64,000 nt of DNA from a virus. The stretch is from IMG/VR virus record IMGVR_UViG_3300021087_000857, positions 32,001 to 96,000 of that record, one strand, 5' to 3'. Both the position numbers and the translations under genes were made by a program. Below are positions 38,165 to 47,778 of this stretch, one piece after another; position 1 is the stretch's first letter; every line of letters starts with the position of its first letter. The notes beneath the pieces were generated by a model. The model was not told the origin of the DNA, made no database searches, and was given only the letters and a program-made list of their open reading frames with translations.

Positions 38165-39585
38165 TGGGTTCACAATTAAGACTAACAATGAGAGAAAAAG
38201 AAATATGTCACTTATCAATGCAGGAAGTGATGTGTAGAGAAATTGAAGAACAAGCATCAGATAATTATATATCTGTGTTAAAGATGGGAACAGATTGGAA
38301 TATCAATCTTGCTACAGATGGATCTTTTATACATGGAGTTAGACTAGATGACTTAGAACAAACATTAAAAGATTTAAAACATTTTGGATTTAAGGTAGCG
38401 GTTATTTGGGCAGAGGGCAGTTGGCCACATGACAGTGCTATTGACGAAGAAATATTAAAATCAGTAGAAGAATGGGATAAAGAAGACTGGGGATGTGCAG
38501 GGCATATCTTAGATAGACCAGGAAGACAAAATCCTATATTTCATCATCAATGTGTTATTATTAACTTGCGAAAACTTACAAGAATTATAGAATGTAGAGT
38601 ACGTGAGTATGAAGCAAGTCCTGAACACTTCCATGATGATTATACTCCTAAATGGATTCAACCTGCATCAGAAAACTATATACCAAATAGTAGTTGGAAA
38701 AGTCACCAAGAAGCAAAAAAACCATATAACTTATTCAATCGTATATTACGATCATCGTTAGATGTAGGACTAAAAGTTTTTAACTTAGATTATAACATAA
38801 GAAATTTTAAAGTATGTACGTATCCCGAAGATGATATTAAATGGACAGAAGGTGAGATAGTTAAAACATACGAACATGCAGATCGTATATGGAATATAAA
38901 AGATCAATATGAGGATAAAGTTCCACTACTTGAATTTAAAATACAAGACTCATGTGTTGTATATATTCTTAATACAGAATCAGCACCACATGTAATTGTA
39001 GACGATATACAAGTAATGGTATGTCCATGTAGTGGATTGCATCAATTTAAATATATAGAAAAAAGTTTAGATGTAATGGAACTAATAGTATGGGCAGATT
39101 ATAGTCCTTTCGCTGTTGCTTGGATGGAAATTCTAGTACGAGAATGGGATGGAAAAGACTTTATGAAATTCTTTGAAACAAACAAACATAGATTACAGTT
39201 TGATGGTACATTTGAACTTGGAGAAAACACACATGGTCCAATTGGAACATGGGAAAAGTTTATGGCCAGCTTTGATAGTCAAGAGCAGTGGCTAGAAGTG
39301 TGGGGCAAGATACAAAATTTAGAACATCAATTTGAAGCAGTCAACCTAATAGAAGATTCTAATAAGATTATAAAGTTGATACCACATAATAAAAATGTAT
39401 TACTTCAATGTAGCAATATATTTTTATACGAATCAAATTACTTTAGTAAAGGGTTAGATACTTTATTTAACGGTATTTCATACATAAGAAATGTACAGAA
39501 CATTTCAAATAAAGTTTATTTTAATGGTGACATGAACGGAAGCTATTATAATATGGCAAATATGAATAGGCGAAAATTGATATGA
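38164..39585 (+). CDS. Uncharacterised protein (GT-like N-terminal, methyltransferase-like C-terminal), paralog of 36878
   Basis: AGHILDR, HHQCVIINL, HDDYTPKW, NTE, CSGL, VWADYS, WDGKD and SNIF. Confidence 0.75.
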   Translation: MGSQLRLTMREKEICHLSMQEVMCREIEEQASDNYISVLKMGTDWNINLATDGSFIHGVRLDDLEQTLKDLKHFGFKVAVIWAEGSWPHDSAIDEEILKSVEEWDKEDWGCAGHILDRPGRQNPIFHHQCVIINLRKLTRIIECRVREYEASPEHFHDDYTPKWIQPASENYIPNSSWKSHQEAKKPYNLFNRILRSSLDVGLKVFNLDYNIRNFKVCTYPEDDIKWTEGEIVKTYEHADRIWNIKDQYEDKVPLLEFKIQDSCVVYILNTESAPHVIVDDIQVMVCPCSGLHQFKYIEKSLDVMELIVWADYSPFAVAWMEILVREWDGKDFMKFFETNKHRLQFDGTFELGENTHGPIGTWEKFMASFDSQEQWLEVWGKIQNLEHQFEAVNLIEDSNKIIKLIPHNKNVLLQCSNIFLYESNYFSKGLDTLFNGISYIRNVQNISNKVYFNGDMNGSYYNMANMNRRKLI

Positions 39586-40331
39586 TACACTACAATAATT
39601 TAGCATGGTGGGAAGAGCCTAATGAAGAAACAATAGAATACTTTGAAACATGGGAAAATTTTAAAACAAATCCTGCATCAGCGGATAGCAATCAACTAGA
39701 TACAACAGATCTAAATAACATAATGGACAACACTAATGTTCCATGGGTTACTATGCCAGATATACCTGTGCCGTGGAAAGACATACATTCTGAAGCAATA
39801 GCATTATTAGAAACTGAATGTTTTTCATTACATAGAGCAGTAGGCAGTGGCGGCTGGTTAAGTCTGTGTGTGCATGGAATGAGTAGTGTGCATACAAATT
39901 GTCCAGAAGATTATAACTTACCAGATGAGGCTGAATATGAATTAAGTGATTGGACTGATATTAGTAAATTTACACCACGTACTAAAGAATGGATGCAAGA
40001 TGAAATGTTGTATGAAAGATTTAGTCGTGTAAGATTTATGGCAGTATTACCAGGTGGTTGGATTATGCCACATAAGGATACTGAAAAATTATCAGGCCTT
40101 GGTGCAACTAATGTTTCTATCAATAACCCAAAAGGTTGCGACTTAGTAATGGAAGAATATGGAACATTGCCATATGAGAATGGGCTTGTAGTAAAGATTA
40201 ATACAGGACACAATCATGCAGTATGGAATCGTAGCAACGAGCCACGTATACATATGATATTTGACGGTGATCCAAGCAAGCAATTTAAAAATAAAGTAAA
40301 CGAAAACTATGCCAAGATGTTCAATATTTAA
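39582..40331 (+). CDS. Aspartyl/asparaginyl beta-hydroxylase-like Fe(II)/2OG oxygenase
   Basis: RVRFMAVLPGGWIMPHKD...HAVWNRSNEPRIH. Confidence 0.85.
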   Translation: MIHYNNLAWWEEPNEETIEYFETWENFKTNPASADSNQLDTTDLNNIMDNTNVPWVTMPDIPVPWKDIHSEAIALLETECFSLHRAVGSGGWLSLCVHGMSSVHTNCPEDYNLPDEAEYELSDWTDISKFTPRTKEWMQDEMLYERFSRVRFMAVLPGGWIMPHKDTEKLSGLGATNVSINNPKGCDLVMEEYGTLPYENGLVVKINTGHNHAVWNRSNEPRIHMIFDGDPSKQFKNKVNENYAKMFNI

Positions 40332-41280
40332 AAACGGTGTAACAATAGGACCTACTGGAGCAGTAAGGCCTTGTTGTGCATTTCAGGTAAAAGAAGGAAC
40401 AAATAATTTATTTTGGGATGATGATTGGGAAACACGTCATGCTGAATGGAGTAAGCGTAGCGAAACACAATGGCTAGACGAATGTGCTGAATGTAAACTA
40501 AGCGAAGAACTAACAGGAAATAGTTTACGTAAAATATACAATAAGCAATTTGATAACGAAGTAGGCATTAAACATTGGGATTTAAAAATAAACAATACTT
40601 GCAACTTTGCTTGCAGAATGTGTAATCAAACAAGCAGTAGTACATGGGCAAAAATACTTAAAGAAAATCAACAAGAGAATTGGCACCCTCAATTTGGAAA
40701 ATTAAAAGATAGAAGTTGGGTAAAACAATCACTAGATTTTACTCATCAAATGTTAGATGCAAAGATTGTAAAATTTACTGGCGGTGAACCATTTATGATA
40801 CCACAAGTAAAGAAGATCATACAACGATTAGTAGATGAAGATGTTGCACCTGCAATCGAATTACATTTAATAACAAATGGAAGTTATGATATGACTACAT
40901 GGAATCATTACTTTGAAAAATTTAAACAAGTTCATGTTAATATAAGCATAGAAGCAGTAGGTAAACGATATGAGTATATAAGACCTGGATCTAGTTGGAT
41001 TACAACTAGTGACAATGCAGTTAAATTTAATAAGTATAAACCAAAGAATACATATTTAAGTGTGTCTATACTTCCTATGGTATTTAATAGAAACAATTTA
41101 GATGATGTAGCAACTTGGTGTAAAGACAATAAAATTAGATATGATGTTTCTACACCTGTAATAAAGCCTGCGTTCATGTCGCCAAATGCTATGGAAGATG
41201 AAATATTAAAAAAAGAATTAATAGAGCAGAGTGAAATTATGGATAAAATACATGGAACAGATTATCATGACTTTATTTAA
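40309..41280 (+). CDS. N-terminal twitch-domain radical SAM protein
   Basis: RC..RPCC..CAEC; CNFACRMC; TGGEP. Confidence 0.9.
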   Translation: MPRCSIFKNGVTIGPTGAVRPCCAFQVKEGTNNLFWDDDWETRHAEWSKRSETQWLDECAECKLSEELTGNSLRKIYNKQFDNEVGIKHWDLKINNTCNFACRMCNQTSSSTWAKILKENQQENWHPQFGKLKDRSWVKQSLDFTHQMLDAKIVKFTGGEPFMIPQVKKIIQRLVDEDVAPAIELHLITNGSYDMTTWNHYFEKFKQVHVNISIEAVGKRYEYIRPGSSWITTSDNAVKFNKYKPKNTYLSVSILPMVFNRNNLDDVATWCKDNKIRYDVSTPVIKPAFMSPNAMEDEILKKELIEQSEIMDKIHGTDYHDFI

Positions 41281-41303
41281 AATAAATATTAATAAGGAAA
41301 ATA

Positions 41304-42521
41304 ATGACTAAAAAATTACCAAGCGATACATTTTGTGTATTACCATTTATGCACGCCGCAGTTAACCCTGGCGGTGGCTTTCGTGTTTGTTGTAACAGTA
41401 ACCCTGCTAACAACAAAGTATTAAAAGACGATGGCAGTGGCAAAGCATATAGAATATTCAAAGATGATATCAATGATGTATGGAACAGTGAATGGTATAA
41501 AAACATTCGCAAAGAGTTTATAGACGGAGAGCGTCCAGAAACATGTCAAAGATGTTTCCGTGAAGAAGATGCAGGTATACGTAGCCCACGCATAGGTTAC
41601 AATGAGAAGTGGTATAAAGACAATGTAAAAGTAGCAGAAGAAATACCATTGGATATTCGTTATGTAGACTTGCGTTTAGGTAACTTGTGCAACTTAAAAT
41701 GTAGAATGTGTAACCCATGGAGTAGTAGCATGTGGGTTAAAGACTGGAATAAAGTAACTGGACTTGCAGAGCTTACACCCAATGAGCCACTAAACAGTGA
41801 CGAACTAGACTTTATGGAAATTATGAAAGTATGGCCGGACCGTAAACAAACTGGATTAAACTTTGTAGAAATAGCACATACAATTGAAGAGATTTACTTA
41901 ACAGGTGGTGAGCCTACACTTGCAACTAGTCAATATGCATTATTTGATTACTGTATTGAAAATGAACTAGCAGGTAATATTAAACTAAAGTACAACACTA
42001 ACCTTACAAATATCCCACAAAAGATGATTGATTACTGGAGTCACTTTAAAGGTGTGCAACTTAATTGTAGTATTGATGCAACTGGTGATAGAGATAGATA
42101 TGTTAGGTATCCAAGTAGCTGGGGTAAAATAGTAGAAACATTTGATAAACTATTAGCACTACCTAATGTGTACATTCAGGTGCATTGCACAGTACAAGTA
42201 TTAAATATGTGTGCTATGAGTGAACTGTTTGATTGGACACGAAGCAAAGGTATTCCTGACAAAGACATATATTTAAATATTCTTAATCACCCAGAAATGT
42301 ATAACATACGTTCTCTACCTAAAGAACTAAAACAGCTCGCCGAGCAAAACTTACAACCTTATTTAGACATACCAAAAGTAGCAGACTGTATCAAGTATAT
42401 GTGGTCCGAAGATTGGTACGAAAAGCGTTGGAAAGAGTTTGTAGACTTTAACACAAAAACAGATGATTTACAAAAAGGTAACTTGTTAGATGTATGTCCG
42501 GAGTTTACTAATTATGTATAA
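41304..42521 (+). CDS. N-terminal twitch-domain radical SAM protein
   Basis: FCVLPF..RVCC..CQRC; CNLKCRMC; TGGEP; ATAAATA upstream. Confidence 0.92.
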   Translation: MTKKLPSDTFCVLPFMHAAVNPGGGFRVCCNSNPANNKVLKDDGSGKAYRIFKDDINDVWNSEWYKNIRKEFIDGERPETCQRCFREEDAGIRSPRIGYNEKWYKDNVKVAEEIPLDIRYVDLRLGNLCNLKCRMCNPWSSSMWVKDWNKVTGLAELTPNEPLNSDELDFMEIMKVWPDRKQTGLNFVEIAHTIEEIYLTGGEPTLATSQYALFDYCIENELAGNIKLKYNTNLTNIPQKMIDYWSHFKGVQLNCSIDATGDRDRYVRYPSSWGKIVETFDKLLALPNVYIQVHCTVQVLNMCAMSELFDWTRSKGIPDKDIYLNILNHPEMYNIRSLPKELKQLAEQNLQPYLDIPKVADCIKYMWSEDWYEKRWKEFVDFNTKTDDLQKGNLLDVCPEFTNYV

Positions 42522-43080
42522 GATATTATGTACAGGAAATCCAGAGTTTGGAGTAGCAAGTGCTATAGCAGAACGCTGGCCTGATACAACATTTGTTAAT
42601 AGAACAGATTGGGGCTACGATTTAACGCAAAATGGCTATAAAACTAAGTTAGCCGAAAAGGCTCTTAATTATGACGTCTTTATTAACTGTAGTGCATTAT
42701 GGCAGTACCATCAAACTTTGCTACTAGATGTAGTCTATAAGAACGCCTTAAAGAACCTTAAACGACTGCATATAGTGTCGTTGGGCAGTACAACAGACAG
42801 AGCTACCAAAGGTAGCGATTGGCATTATCAACAAGAAAAGAAGGCTTTGCGTAGTACAAGCAACGCATTAGGGTTAAAAAGCATTTGGGCTGGTGGACCT
42901 AAAGTAAGTTATGTTACATTCGGTACATTAGAAAACAATGCACACAAGCATCCAGGCAGAGCAGTAATGCAGTTAAATGATGCAGTAGACATGATTGAGT
43001 ATGTAATTAATATGCCATATCATTTAAATGTAAATGAACTAAGTATAGACCCTATACAGACGGATTGGCCAAATGAATAA
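42514..43080 (+). CDS. Short-chain dehydrogenase/reductase-like protein
   Basis: ILCTGNPEFGVASAI, DVFINCS, SLGS and YQQEK (YxxxK). Confidence 0.75.
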   Translation: MYKILCTGNPEFGVASAIAERWPDTTFVNRTDWGYDLTQNGYKTKLAEKALNYDVFINCSALWQYHQTLLLDVVYKNALKNLKRLHIVSLGSTTDRATKGSDWHYQQEKKALRSTSNALGLKSIWAGGPKVSYVTFGTLENNAHKHPGRAVMQLNDAVDMIEYVINMPYHLNVNELSIDPIQTDWPNE

Positions 43081-44245
43081 ATTTTGCTACATGCCTTGGC
43101 ATGCAATTACGCTAAGTGCAAATGGTGACATTAAGCCTTGTTGTCAGTTTAGTAACAAAGGGCGTATGCCTAATACTGAACATGACACTATTATGGAAAA
43201 CTTTAATAGTGAGCGTATGCAAGACTTACGCAAAGACTTTTTAAAAGGTGTACAACCTAGTGCTTGCAACAGTTGTTGGGAGAGAGAAGATTTAGTAGGG
43301 CAAAGTAGACGCTTATGGTTTAATAAGAAGTTTATGAAATTTAATGCAGATTTTATAAACGGCAACCACCCTACAACATATGATGTTCCTAACCCTAAGT
43401 TCTATCAAGCAGACATTAACTTATCAAATGTATGTAACTTAAAATGTCGTATGTGTGGAAGTTGGGCAAGCAATAGTTGGTTTGACGAAGAATTAGCACT
43501 TGCTAAAATAGACAAACGCTACGAGAAAAATAGTAATCCTATTCCATTGCAACAATATGGATTAGAAGATTTACGCAATATGCTACCGCATCTAAAAGAT
43601 GTAAAACGCATAGACTTTAAAGGTGGTGAGCCCATGATGGCAAAACATCACAATCAATTCCTACAATGGCTCATTGAAGAAGGTATGACTGATGTAGAAT
43701 TATTTTATACAACAAACGGCACAGTTGTTAATCCTAAAATATTAAACTTGCTAAAACAGTTTAAACATGTTAGTATATGTTTTAGTATAGAAGGCACAGG
43801 AGAGCTATATAGATACATCAGAGGTGGCAAATATCAATTAGAAGATTTTGAAAAAACACTAGCAATGTACAATGAATTAGAAAATGTAAAAATTATGTTC
43901 AATGTAACACTGCAAAATTATAACGTTTTCAACTTGCCAGAATTGCATTTCTTCCTTCACGAAATGGAAGATAAATATAGTAAAGTAAGTGCAAACAGTA
44001 GTTTCACTACTATCTGTAACAAACCAGCATATTTAAGTCCAATGAACTTACCAGATGATTTACGAGATCAAGCAATTAAAAACTTATCTCTGTTTGATGA
44101 TTTTGACAAGCTAGTAGAGAGTATGAAGACTAGAACATTTAATCCTGAGCTATGGGAAACATTTATTAACTTTACAAATGACTTAGATAAAATGCGAGGC
44201 GACAGTGTAAGGGATGCAGTGCCTCAACTAAAGGAATATTTTTAA
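43073..44245 (+). CDS. N-terminal twitch-domain radical SAM protein
   Basis: FCYMPW..KPCC..CNSC; CNLKCRMC; GGEP. Confidence 0.92.
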   Translation: MNKFCYMPWHAITLSANGDIKPCCQFSNKGRMPNTEHDTIMENFNSERMQDLRKDFLKGVQPSACNSCWEREDLVGQSRRLWFNKKFMKFNADFINGNHPTTYDVPNPKFYQADINLSNVCNLKCRMCGSWASNSWFDEELALAKIDKRYEKNSNPIPLQQYGLEDLRNMLPHLKDVKRIDFKGGEPMMAKHHNQFLQWLIEEGMTDVELFYTTNGTVVNPKILNLLKQFKHVSICFSIEGTGELYRYIRGGKYQLEDFEKTLAMYNELENVKIMFNVTLQNYNVFNLPELHFFLHEMEDKYSKVSANSSFTTICNKPAYLSPMNLPDDLRDQAIKNLSLFDDFDKLVESMKTRTFNPELWETFINFTNDLDKMRGDSVRDAVPQLKEYF

Positions 44246-44961
44246 TGCTAGTAGCTTTAGAAGACAATCACGCACCAAAAGACGAACTACTTAGAGTAGA
44301 ATGGAACTTGGGTAAGCGTTGCAACTACAACTGTAGTTATTGTGGAAATGAATTACACAATAAGACTAGCGACCATATGAGTTGGGAAGTATACACTGCT
44401 ACAATAGATAAAATAGTAGAAGCATCAAATGGTAAAAAGATTAAAATTAGTTTTACAGGTGGTGAGCCATTTGTACACCCACAGTTTATTGACATGTTAA
44501 AATATGCTAAAGAGAACGGCGTATACAGATGTAGTGTAACAACCAACGGAAGTCCTCCACCTAAGATATACAAAAAAGCATTGCCGTATTTACATTATGT
44601 TATTATAAGTTATCACTTTGAATTTGCATATCATGAGAAAGTAATTAATAACATTACAGGTATGTGGGCAGACATACAGGAATATAGAGCTAAAGATGAC
44701 TACAAAGGAATGCATGTACATATTATGGCGTTGCCTGGACACATGGATAAATGGAAAGAAATTATAAACGAATTAAAAGAGTGTGGCGTTGAATATACAG
44801 TTCGTAAAATTAGGCCACGTGTTAATGAAAACCGTACAGGTTGGAATAAACCATATGCTGACGGTATGTTAGGGCAACATCCTATACATGAAGAAACTGA
44901 AAAGTTTGCTGGACAATATTATAGTGTAGAAGAAGAAAAATGGTTAACTGAAAATGTATGA
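44245..44961 (+). CDS. Radical SAM core lacking its SPASM domain
   Basis: VEWNLGKRCNYNCSYC, TGGEP, TTNGS and SYHFE; resembles the N-terminal part of 47778. Confidence 0.9.
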   Translation: MLVALEDNHAPKDELLRVEWNLGKRCNYNCSYCGNELHNKTSDHMSWEVYTATIDKIVEASNGKKIKISFTGGEPFVHPQFIDMLKYAKENGVYRCSVTTNGSPPPKIYKKALPYLHYVIISYHFEFAYHEKVINNITGMWADIQEYRAKDDYKGMHVHIMALPGHMDKWKEIINELKECGVEYTVRKIRPRVNENRTGWNKPYADGMLGQHPIHEETEKFAGQYYSVEEEKWLTENV

Positions 44962-46144
44962 AGATAAAGTAAGAGAGTGGTTAATGCAACCCGGTAATAA
45001 CTTTTGTGCGTTGCCATTTACACATATGGCAATAGAAGCCAACGGCGATATAAGACCTTGTTGTATGGGCGATGAATTTGATTTAAACATTAGAAATAAA
45101 ACAATACAACAAGTATACAACGACCCAAAAAGACTACAATTTGTAGACAGTTTTAGACGAAACGAACAAAATCCTGCATGTCATAAATGTTGGAAAGATC
45201 CAGAAATAAGAGCTAATTTTTCAACATCACCTCATGCCAGAGAAATAACAAAACAAGCAATGGACGGAATAACACCTAAGCATGAATTAAAATGGTTAGA
45301 AATTAAACCAGGAAATAGATGTAATTTAAAATGTAGAATATGTGGAGTACATAATAGTAGTAGTTGGACAAAAGATACTGCGGCAATAGAAGAGCCCAAA
45401 GTAAAGTATAAAAACAGCGAAGCATTTAAATATACGCAATCATGTGATTGGATAGATGATCCAGAATTTTGGAATGATCTAAATCAACTAGAATCAATAG
45501 AGTATTTGCATTTTATGGGCGGCGAACCTTTTATGGTTCCTGAGCACTTTCAATTAATAGAACGTTTAGTAAACGATCCTAACATTGATACTAGTAATAT
45601 TACAATCGGATACAATACAAATGGAACATACTTTCCTAGCAAAGAAAACTTTGAGCTATACAATAATTTTAAGCAAGTAAACTTTGCATTAAGTATAGAT
45701 GATATTGATGAGAGATTTAACTACCAGCGTAAATTAGCTAATTGGGAAGAAGTAAAAAGTAATATTAAGAATTTTCAAAAATTAAATAAAGACCAATATT
45801 TTGTACATTTGGATCCTACTATAAGTATATATAATATATTTTATTTAAATGAAATCACTAAAACATTTAATGATTTAGGATATCATAATTTTATTAAACA
45901 ACGACATTTTGTAAATAATGGGTATAACGCAATTCACATATTACCACAACATATAAAAAGTGTTATTGTAGAAAAGTACAAAGACACTGATAACATATGG
46001 ATTAAGCGAGCAGTAGATTATATGAATAGTCAACCAACAGATAATAACTTATGGGAAATATTTAAAAAGAATACTACTAGATTAGATTCATTAAGAAGCG
46101 AAAACTTTCAAAACACATTTAAGGAATTTTATGAGCACTTTTAA
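44954..46144 (+). CDS. N-terminal twitch-domain radical SAM protein nested between core and SPASM genes
   Basis: FCALPF..RPCC..CHKC; CNLKCRIC; GGEP. Confidence 0.92.
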   Translation: MYEDKVREWLMQPGNNFCALPFTHMAIEANGDIRPCCMGDEFDLNIRNKTIQQVYNDPKRLQFVDSFRRNEQNPACHKCWKDPEIRANFSTSPHAREITKQAMDGITPKHELKWLEIKPGNRCNLKCRICGVHNSSSWTKDTAAIEEPKVKYKNSEAFKYTQSCDWIDDPEFWNDLNQLESIEYLHFMGGEPFMVPEHFQLIERLVNDPNIDTSNITIGYNTNGTYFPSKENFELYNNFKQVNFALSIDDIDERFNYQRKLANWEEVKSNIKNFQKLNKDQYFVHLDPTISIYNIFYLNEITKTFNDLGYHNFIKQRHFVNNGYNAIHILPQHIKSVIVEKYKDTDNIWIKRAVDYMNSQPTDNNLWEIFKKNTTRLDSLRSENFQNTFKEFYEHF

Positions 46145-46457
46145 AAACATTATTGTACACTATGAAGATGGTACAAGCGAAGAAGATAACGTAAACAGTG
46201 TTATGGCACGTGATGAAAATGATTTTCGTGGATGGGAATGTTGGGCTGGTGTACAAAATATTACTATAAGTAACACAGGTGATGTGTATAGAGCTATATG
46301 TAAAGTGGGTGGCAAACTAGGAAACATTTATGATGGGTTTGAAATGCCTAAAGAAACTATTATATGTAATAAGCCAAGATGTGTATGTGCTGCTGATGTA
46401 CAGTTATCAAAAGCACTACCAGAACATGTGCATAAATTAAGGGTAGGAAATGAATAA
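46131..46457 (+). CDS. Stand-alone SPASM domain
   Basis: FRGWECWAG...AICK..LGNI...ICNKPRCVCAAD; matches the C-terminus of 47778. Confidence 0.85.
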   Translation: MSTFKNIIVHYEDGTSEEDNVNSVMARDENDFRGWECWAGVQNITISNTGDVYRAICKVGGKLGNIYDGFEMPKETIICNKPRCVCAADVQLSKALPEHVHKLRVGNE

Positions 46458-47778
46458 AGAATTTTGGAACAGTGATAAAACAAATAAGTATGAAGCTTTT
46501 TATGAACATGCAGTAGATAAACTAAAAGGTCTAGATGTAAACATACATACTTTTTGCCCATTGCCTTTTACTCATGTAAGTACTATGCCACATGGAGAAA
46601 TAAAGTTATGTTGTAGAGCACAACCACCTCAACATGGACCTAACCCAAATGTTAAAGACAAAGATTTTAATCTCAAAGAATACTGGCAAAGTGAATACAT
46701 GAACGAAGTACGTGATGATCTTATATTAGGTAAAAAGCACTTCCAATGTAAAAATTGTTGGAAAATGGAAGACAATGAAATTGTTAGTTTACGTATGAAT
46801 AGGCTTATGGATCTTATGGATAATGAGATCTATAGAAAGAATATAGAATATTATATAAGACATAGAGAAATAGAATTTAAAATTCCACTCATTGAACTTA
46901 AATTAAGTAACGTATGTAACTTTAAGTGCAGAATGTGTTGGCCAAAAGACAGTTCAAAATGGGTTACTGATTGGGATAAAGTAAAAGAGTTTTACAGTGT
47001 GGGTGATAAACGTTATATAGAAGAAATAGTAGACAGCAATGATTTACGTAAAACTCGTGTAATGAATTTATATGAAAAGGACGAAGAATTTGTAGGGAAC
47101 CTAATTGAGCTTATGGAACACGTAGAAGAACTTGAATTTGCAGGTGGCGAGCCTCTTATGGACCCAATTCATTATCGTGTACTAGACAGTATTCCGCACC
47201 CAGAAAATGTTACATTAAAATATAGTACAAATTTAAGTATTATGAAAATGGGTAAACATAGCGTAATTGACTTGTGGAAGAAATTTAAAAAAATTAAATT
47301 AACAGTTAGTATAGACGGACACCGAGAACTTAATCATATGATTCGTAGAGGATCTGATTGGGATTTATTAAAAAGCAATATTGAACTAGTTAAAAGAGAA
47401 CTTGATAACTTAGATGTTATTAAAGGAACTACTTGTATAAGTGGTATGAATGCTGCGGAATTAGGCGAAACAGCGGAAGCAATTGTATTTGAACTAGGCA
47501 TACACTGGCATACAAGCCGTGTACAATGGCCTGATTTCCTACATGCAAATGTATTAAGCCCAGAGCAACTACAAACAGGAATAGACGGCTTAAAACGGGT
47601 ATTTGATAGCTTAAACACGCCAGAAAGATGCGAAACTCCTAGGCGTACTATGTTTGAAACACATTTAAATGGTGCTATTAGTTGGTTAGAAACATGTATA
47701 AAAGATAATAAACATACAGAAAAATACGAAGCATTTAGTAAATTTAATGAAACAATAACAGATATGGATAAAGAATAA
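46450..47778 (+). CDS. N-terminal twitch-domain radical SAM protein
   Basis: FCPLPF..LCC..CKNC; CNFKCRMC; AGGEP. Confidence 0.92.
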   Translation: MNKEFWNSDKTNKYEAFYEHAVDKLKGLDVNIHTFCPLPFTHVSTMPHGEIKLCCRAQPPQHGPNPNVKDKDFNLKEYWQSEYMNEVRDDLILGKKHFQCKNCWKMEDNEIVSLRMNRLMDLMDNEIYRKNIEYYIRHREIEFKIPLIELKLSNVCNFKCRMCWPKDSSKWVTDWDKVKEFYSVGDKRYIEEIVDSNDLRKTRVMNLYEKDEEFVGNLIELMEHVEELEFAGGEPLMDPIHYRVLDSIPHPENVTLKYSTNLSIMKMGKHSVIDLWKKFKKIKLTVSIDGHRELNHMIRRGSDWDLLKSNIELVKRELDNLDVIKGTTCISGMNAAELGETAEAIVFELGIHWHTSRVQWPDFLHANVLSPEQLQTGIDGLKRVFDSLNTPERCETPRRTMFETHLNGAISWLETCIKDNKHTEKYEAFSKFNETITDMDKE

